A DNA stretch of 51,131 bases, taken from the NCBI GenBank assembly GCA_046597055.1, contig JBKJLC010000219.1:1-51131 (forward strand). The letters run 5' to 3'. Under the pieces are notes generated by a model that was not told the origin of the DNA, searched no databases, and saw only the letters and a list, made by a program, of their open reading frames with translations. Origin of the DNA: Kofleriaceae bacterium. Its GTDB lineage: Bacteria > Myxococcota_A > Polyangia > Haliangiales > Haliangiaceae. The position numbers and the translations under genes are program-made. This document shows, one piece after another, positions 49,023 to 51,131 of this stretch. Position 1 is the stretch's first letter, and every line of letters starts with the position of its first letter.

Positions 49023-50126
49023 GTGGACCTGCCACTCAAGTCACCGATCGAGCCGATGCTCGCCAAGCTCGCTCGCGCCATCCCCACCGGCGAGGGCTGG
49101 ATCTACGAACCGAAGTGGGACGGCTTCCGCGCCTTGATCTTTCGCGATGGCGACGAGGTCGTGATCCAGAGCCGCGACCTGAAACCGCTCAACCGCTACT
49201 TCCCGGAGCTCGAGGCGCCGCTGCGCGCGAGCCTGCCGCCACGCGCGATCCTCGATGGCGAGATCGTGATCGCGACCCGGGGCCGGCTCGACTTCGACGC
49301 GCTGCTCTTGCGCATCCACCCGGCCAAGTCGCGGGCCGCGTTGCTGGCCAAGGAGACCCCGGCCTCGTTCGTGGCCTGGGACCTGCTCGCGCTCGGCGCC
49401 GAGGACCTGTGCGCGCGCCCGCAGGCCGAGCGGCGCAGGCTACTCGAGCAAGCGCTGGCGGCCGCGCAACCGCCGGTGCACCTGACGCCGATCACGCGCG
49501 ATCCGGCGGTGGCCGAGGACTGGTTTCGCCGGTTCGAGGGCGCCGGCCTCGACGGCGTGATCGCCAAGCCGGGCAGCGCGGCCTACCAGCCGGGCAAGCG
49601 CGCGATGATCAAGATCAAGCACGACCGCACCGCCGACTGCGTGATCGCCGGCTTCCGCTGGTACAAGGACGCGAAGGGCACGATGGTCGGGTCGCTGCTA
49701 CTTGGCCTGTACGACGACGCGGGCGCGCTGCACCACGTCGGCATCTGCTCGGCGTTCACGCGCGAGGTGCGGGCCCAGCTGGTCGAGGCGCTGGCGCCGC
49801 TGCGCGAGGGCGCGCGGGTCGGTCATCCCTGGAAGGACTGGGCCGACTTCCAGGAGCAGGCCAGCGGCGAGCCGCGGATGCCGGGCGCGACCAGCCGGTG
49901 GAATCGCGGCAAGGACCTGTCGTGGGAGCCGCTGCGGGCTGAACGGGTGGTCGAGGTCGCGTACGACCACCTGCAGGGCGACCGGTTCCGGCACGCCACC
50001 CAGTTCCGGCGCTGGCGGCTCGACAAGGCGGCGACCGACTGTCGATACGACCAGCTCGAGATGACCGCAGCGGTGGAGCTGGCGACGATCTTCGGGATGG
50101 AGCAGATGTTCGGGGCCGGCCGGTAG
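49023..50126 (+). CDS. ligC: ATP-dependent DNA ligase, LigC-like
   Basis: PIEPMLAK, YEPKWDGFR, RYFPEL, LDGEIV, FEGAGLDGVIAK, TADCVIAGFRWYK, GSLLLGLYD, SRW, EVAYDHLQGDRFRH. Confidence 0.92.
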   Translation: MDLPLKSPIEPMLAKLARAIPTGEGWIYEPKWDGFRALIFRDGDEVVIQSRDLKPLNRYFPELEAPLRASLPPRAILDGEIVIATRGRLDFDALLLRIHPAKSRAALLAKETPASFVAWDLLALGAEDLCARPQAERRRLLEQALAAAQPPVHLTPITRDPAVAEDWFRRFEGAGLDGVIAKPGSAAYQPGKRAMIKIKHDRTADCVIAGFRWYKDAKGTMVGSLLLGLYDDAGALHHVGICSAFTREVRAQLVEALAPLREGARVGHPWKDWADFQEQASGEPRMPGATSRWNRGKDLSWEPLRAERVVEVAYDHLQGDRFRHATQFRRWRLDKAATDCRYDQLEMTAAVELATIFGMEQMFGAGR

Positions 50127-50147
50127 GGTGACGGGGGAGCGGAACGG

Positions 50148-50675
50148 TCAGCGGGTGGCGAGGAGGCGCTCGAGCTCGGCCGCGCGCGCCATGGCCGCTT
50201 CCTTCGCGCGACGCAGCTCGATCAGGGCGGTTTCGTGGGCGCGCAGCTCGGCGACCACCTCGTTCAGGAGGGCGGCGGTCTGGCGCTGCCCCTCGCGCTG
50301 CTCCTCGATGTTGGTGTTGGTGCCGAACCAGCGGACGATCTGGCCGCGGGCGTCGCGCTGGGGCACCGCGCGCGCGAGGTGGCAGGCGTAGCTGCCGTCG
50401 GCGAGCTTGAGCCGGAACTCGACCTCGTACGGCTCGCCGGTGGTGAGCGCGTGGGTCCAGCGCTCGATCGCGAGCGGCAGGTCGTCGGGGTGCAGGACGT
50501 TCTGCCAGCCCTCGTCGAGGAGACGGGCCGGGGTCAGCCCGAAGTGCCGCGCGGTCTGCGCGGTGACGTAGTCGAGGCGGCCGTCGGGGAGCGCGGTCCA
50601 GATCTGGACCGGGATGTTCTCGGCAAGGAAGCGGTAGCGGTCCTCGCTCTCGCGGAGCTGGTCCTCGGTGGACAT
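50148..50675 (-). CDS. Stand-alone PAS-domain protein with short coiled coil
   Basis: LRESEDRYRFLAENIP, LHPDD, YEVEFRL, RWFGTNTNI; no output domain. Confidence 0.88.
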   Translation of the reverse strand: MSTEDQLRESEDRYRFLAENIPVQIWTALPDGRLDYVTAQTARHFGLTPARLLDEGWQNVLHPDDLPLAIERWTHALTTGEPYEVEFRLKLADGSYACHLARAVPQRDARGQIVRWFGTNTNIEEQREGQRQTAALLNEVVAELRAHETALIELRRAKEAAMARAAELERLLATR

Positions 50676-50718
50676 GAGGTTTTATAGCGTCTGCGGGCGG
50701 AGGCGCCAGCCGGGGGGC

Positions 50719-50796
50719 AGGGAGAGGGAGAGGGAGAGGGAGAGGGAGAGGGAGAGGGAGAGGGAGAGGGAGAGGGAGAGGGAGAGGGAGAGGGAG
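50719..50796 (+). repeat. Perfect (AGGGAG)13 polypurine microsatellite
   Basis: 13 exact hexamer copies, intergenic. Confidence 0.95.
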
Positions 50797-50835
50797 AGCG
50801 GCAGGCGGAGAGCGAGAGGACCGTACAAACGAGAG

Positions 50836-50868
50836 CCGCGCGCACGCCGTAGTGTGGCATGCGCGCGG
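50836..50868 (-). terminator. Candidate intrinsic terminator hairpin
   Basis: Minus strand CCGCGCGCATGCC-ACACTAC-GGCGTGCGCGCGG (13 bp, one G-U pair) followed by CTCTCGTTT, just after the stop at 50886. Confidence 0.5.
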
Positions 50869-50885
50869 CGCGGCGCGAGGAAGGG

Positions 50886-51131
50886 TTACTCGCGCTCGCG
50901 GAGGGCCTTGAAGACGCCGCCGAAGCCGGTGAAGAGGCCGATGCCGACGCCCTGCGCGCCGAGGACGATCGCTCCGCCCAACGACAGGTCCTCGAGCACG
51001 AGACCGAGCCCGAGATCCGCGACGCCGTAGATCGCCGCCGCGACACCGACCGCCGTCATCGCGACCGTCTTGCTCGCCTTCGTCCACTTGATCGACGCCC
51101 AGCCCGCACCCGCGAACGACAGCGCCGTCGT
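50886..51131 (-). CDS. Membrane protein, C-terminal part (5' end outside the window)
   Basis: Open frame TTALSFAGAGWASIKW...GLFTGFGGVFKALRERE* with hydrophobic helices. Confidence 0.7.
   Translation of the reverse strand, partial: TTALSFAGAGWASIKWTKASKTVAMTAVGVAAAIYGVADLGLGLVLEDLSLGGAIVLGAQGVGIGLFTGFGGVFKALRERE

Noticed and set aside
50668..51046. ORFs spanning the AGGGAG tract (poly-RE, poly-SP, poly-LP)
   Set aside because: They are open only because of the repeat, overlap real genes at their ends, and lack protein-like flanks.

Overview
Very high-GC (roughly 75% by eye) bacterial chromosome segment. Gene content points to Myxococcota, probably Haliangiales/Kofleriaceae-like (inference): an FHA-GAF-sigma54 activator, a TIGR02266/PilZ-like domain, DUF4388, an AgmX/PglI-like C-terminal domain, a MYXO-CTERM-like protease and large Ser/Thr kinases. 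About 37 intact genes: housekeeping (alaS, pyrE, hpt, gshA, fabH, cfa, HPF), two actinobacterial-type ATP-dependent ligases, a PilT/PilU paralog, signalling proteins and secreted or membrane proteins. No CRISPR array, rRNA, complete tRNA, integrase or transposase was seen. Main observations: (1) 16 genes have a -10-like hexamer (14 exact TAnnnT) only 5-9 nt before the start codon, implying pervasive leaderless transcription; (2) a translationally coupled GGR-like flavoprotein plus cfa pair next to fabH, a candidate fatty-acid methyl-branching locus; (3) hexamer DNA repeats, with the same 27-mer read on opposite strands in two unrelated genes; (4) an hpt-diguanylate cyclase operon divergent from a cN-II nucleotidase; (5) a candidate sigma54/enhancer-controlled PAN-repeat lipoprotein; (6) several deletion-scar pseudogenes (purU, lactonase, DUF1223). 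All family assignments come from motif recognition, not database searches.
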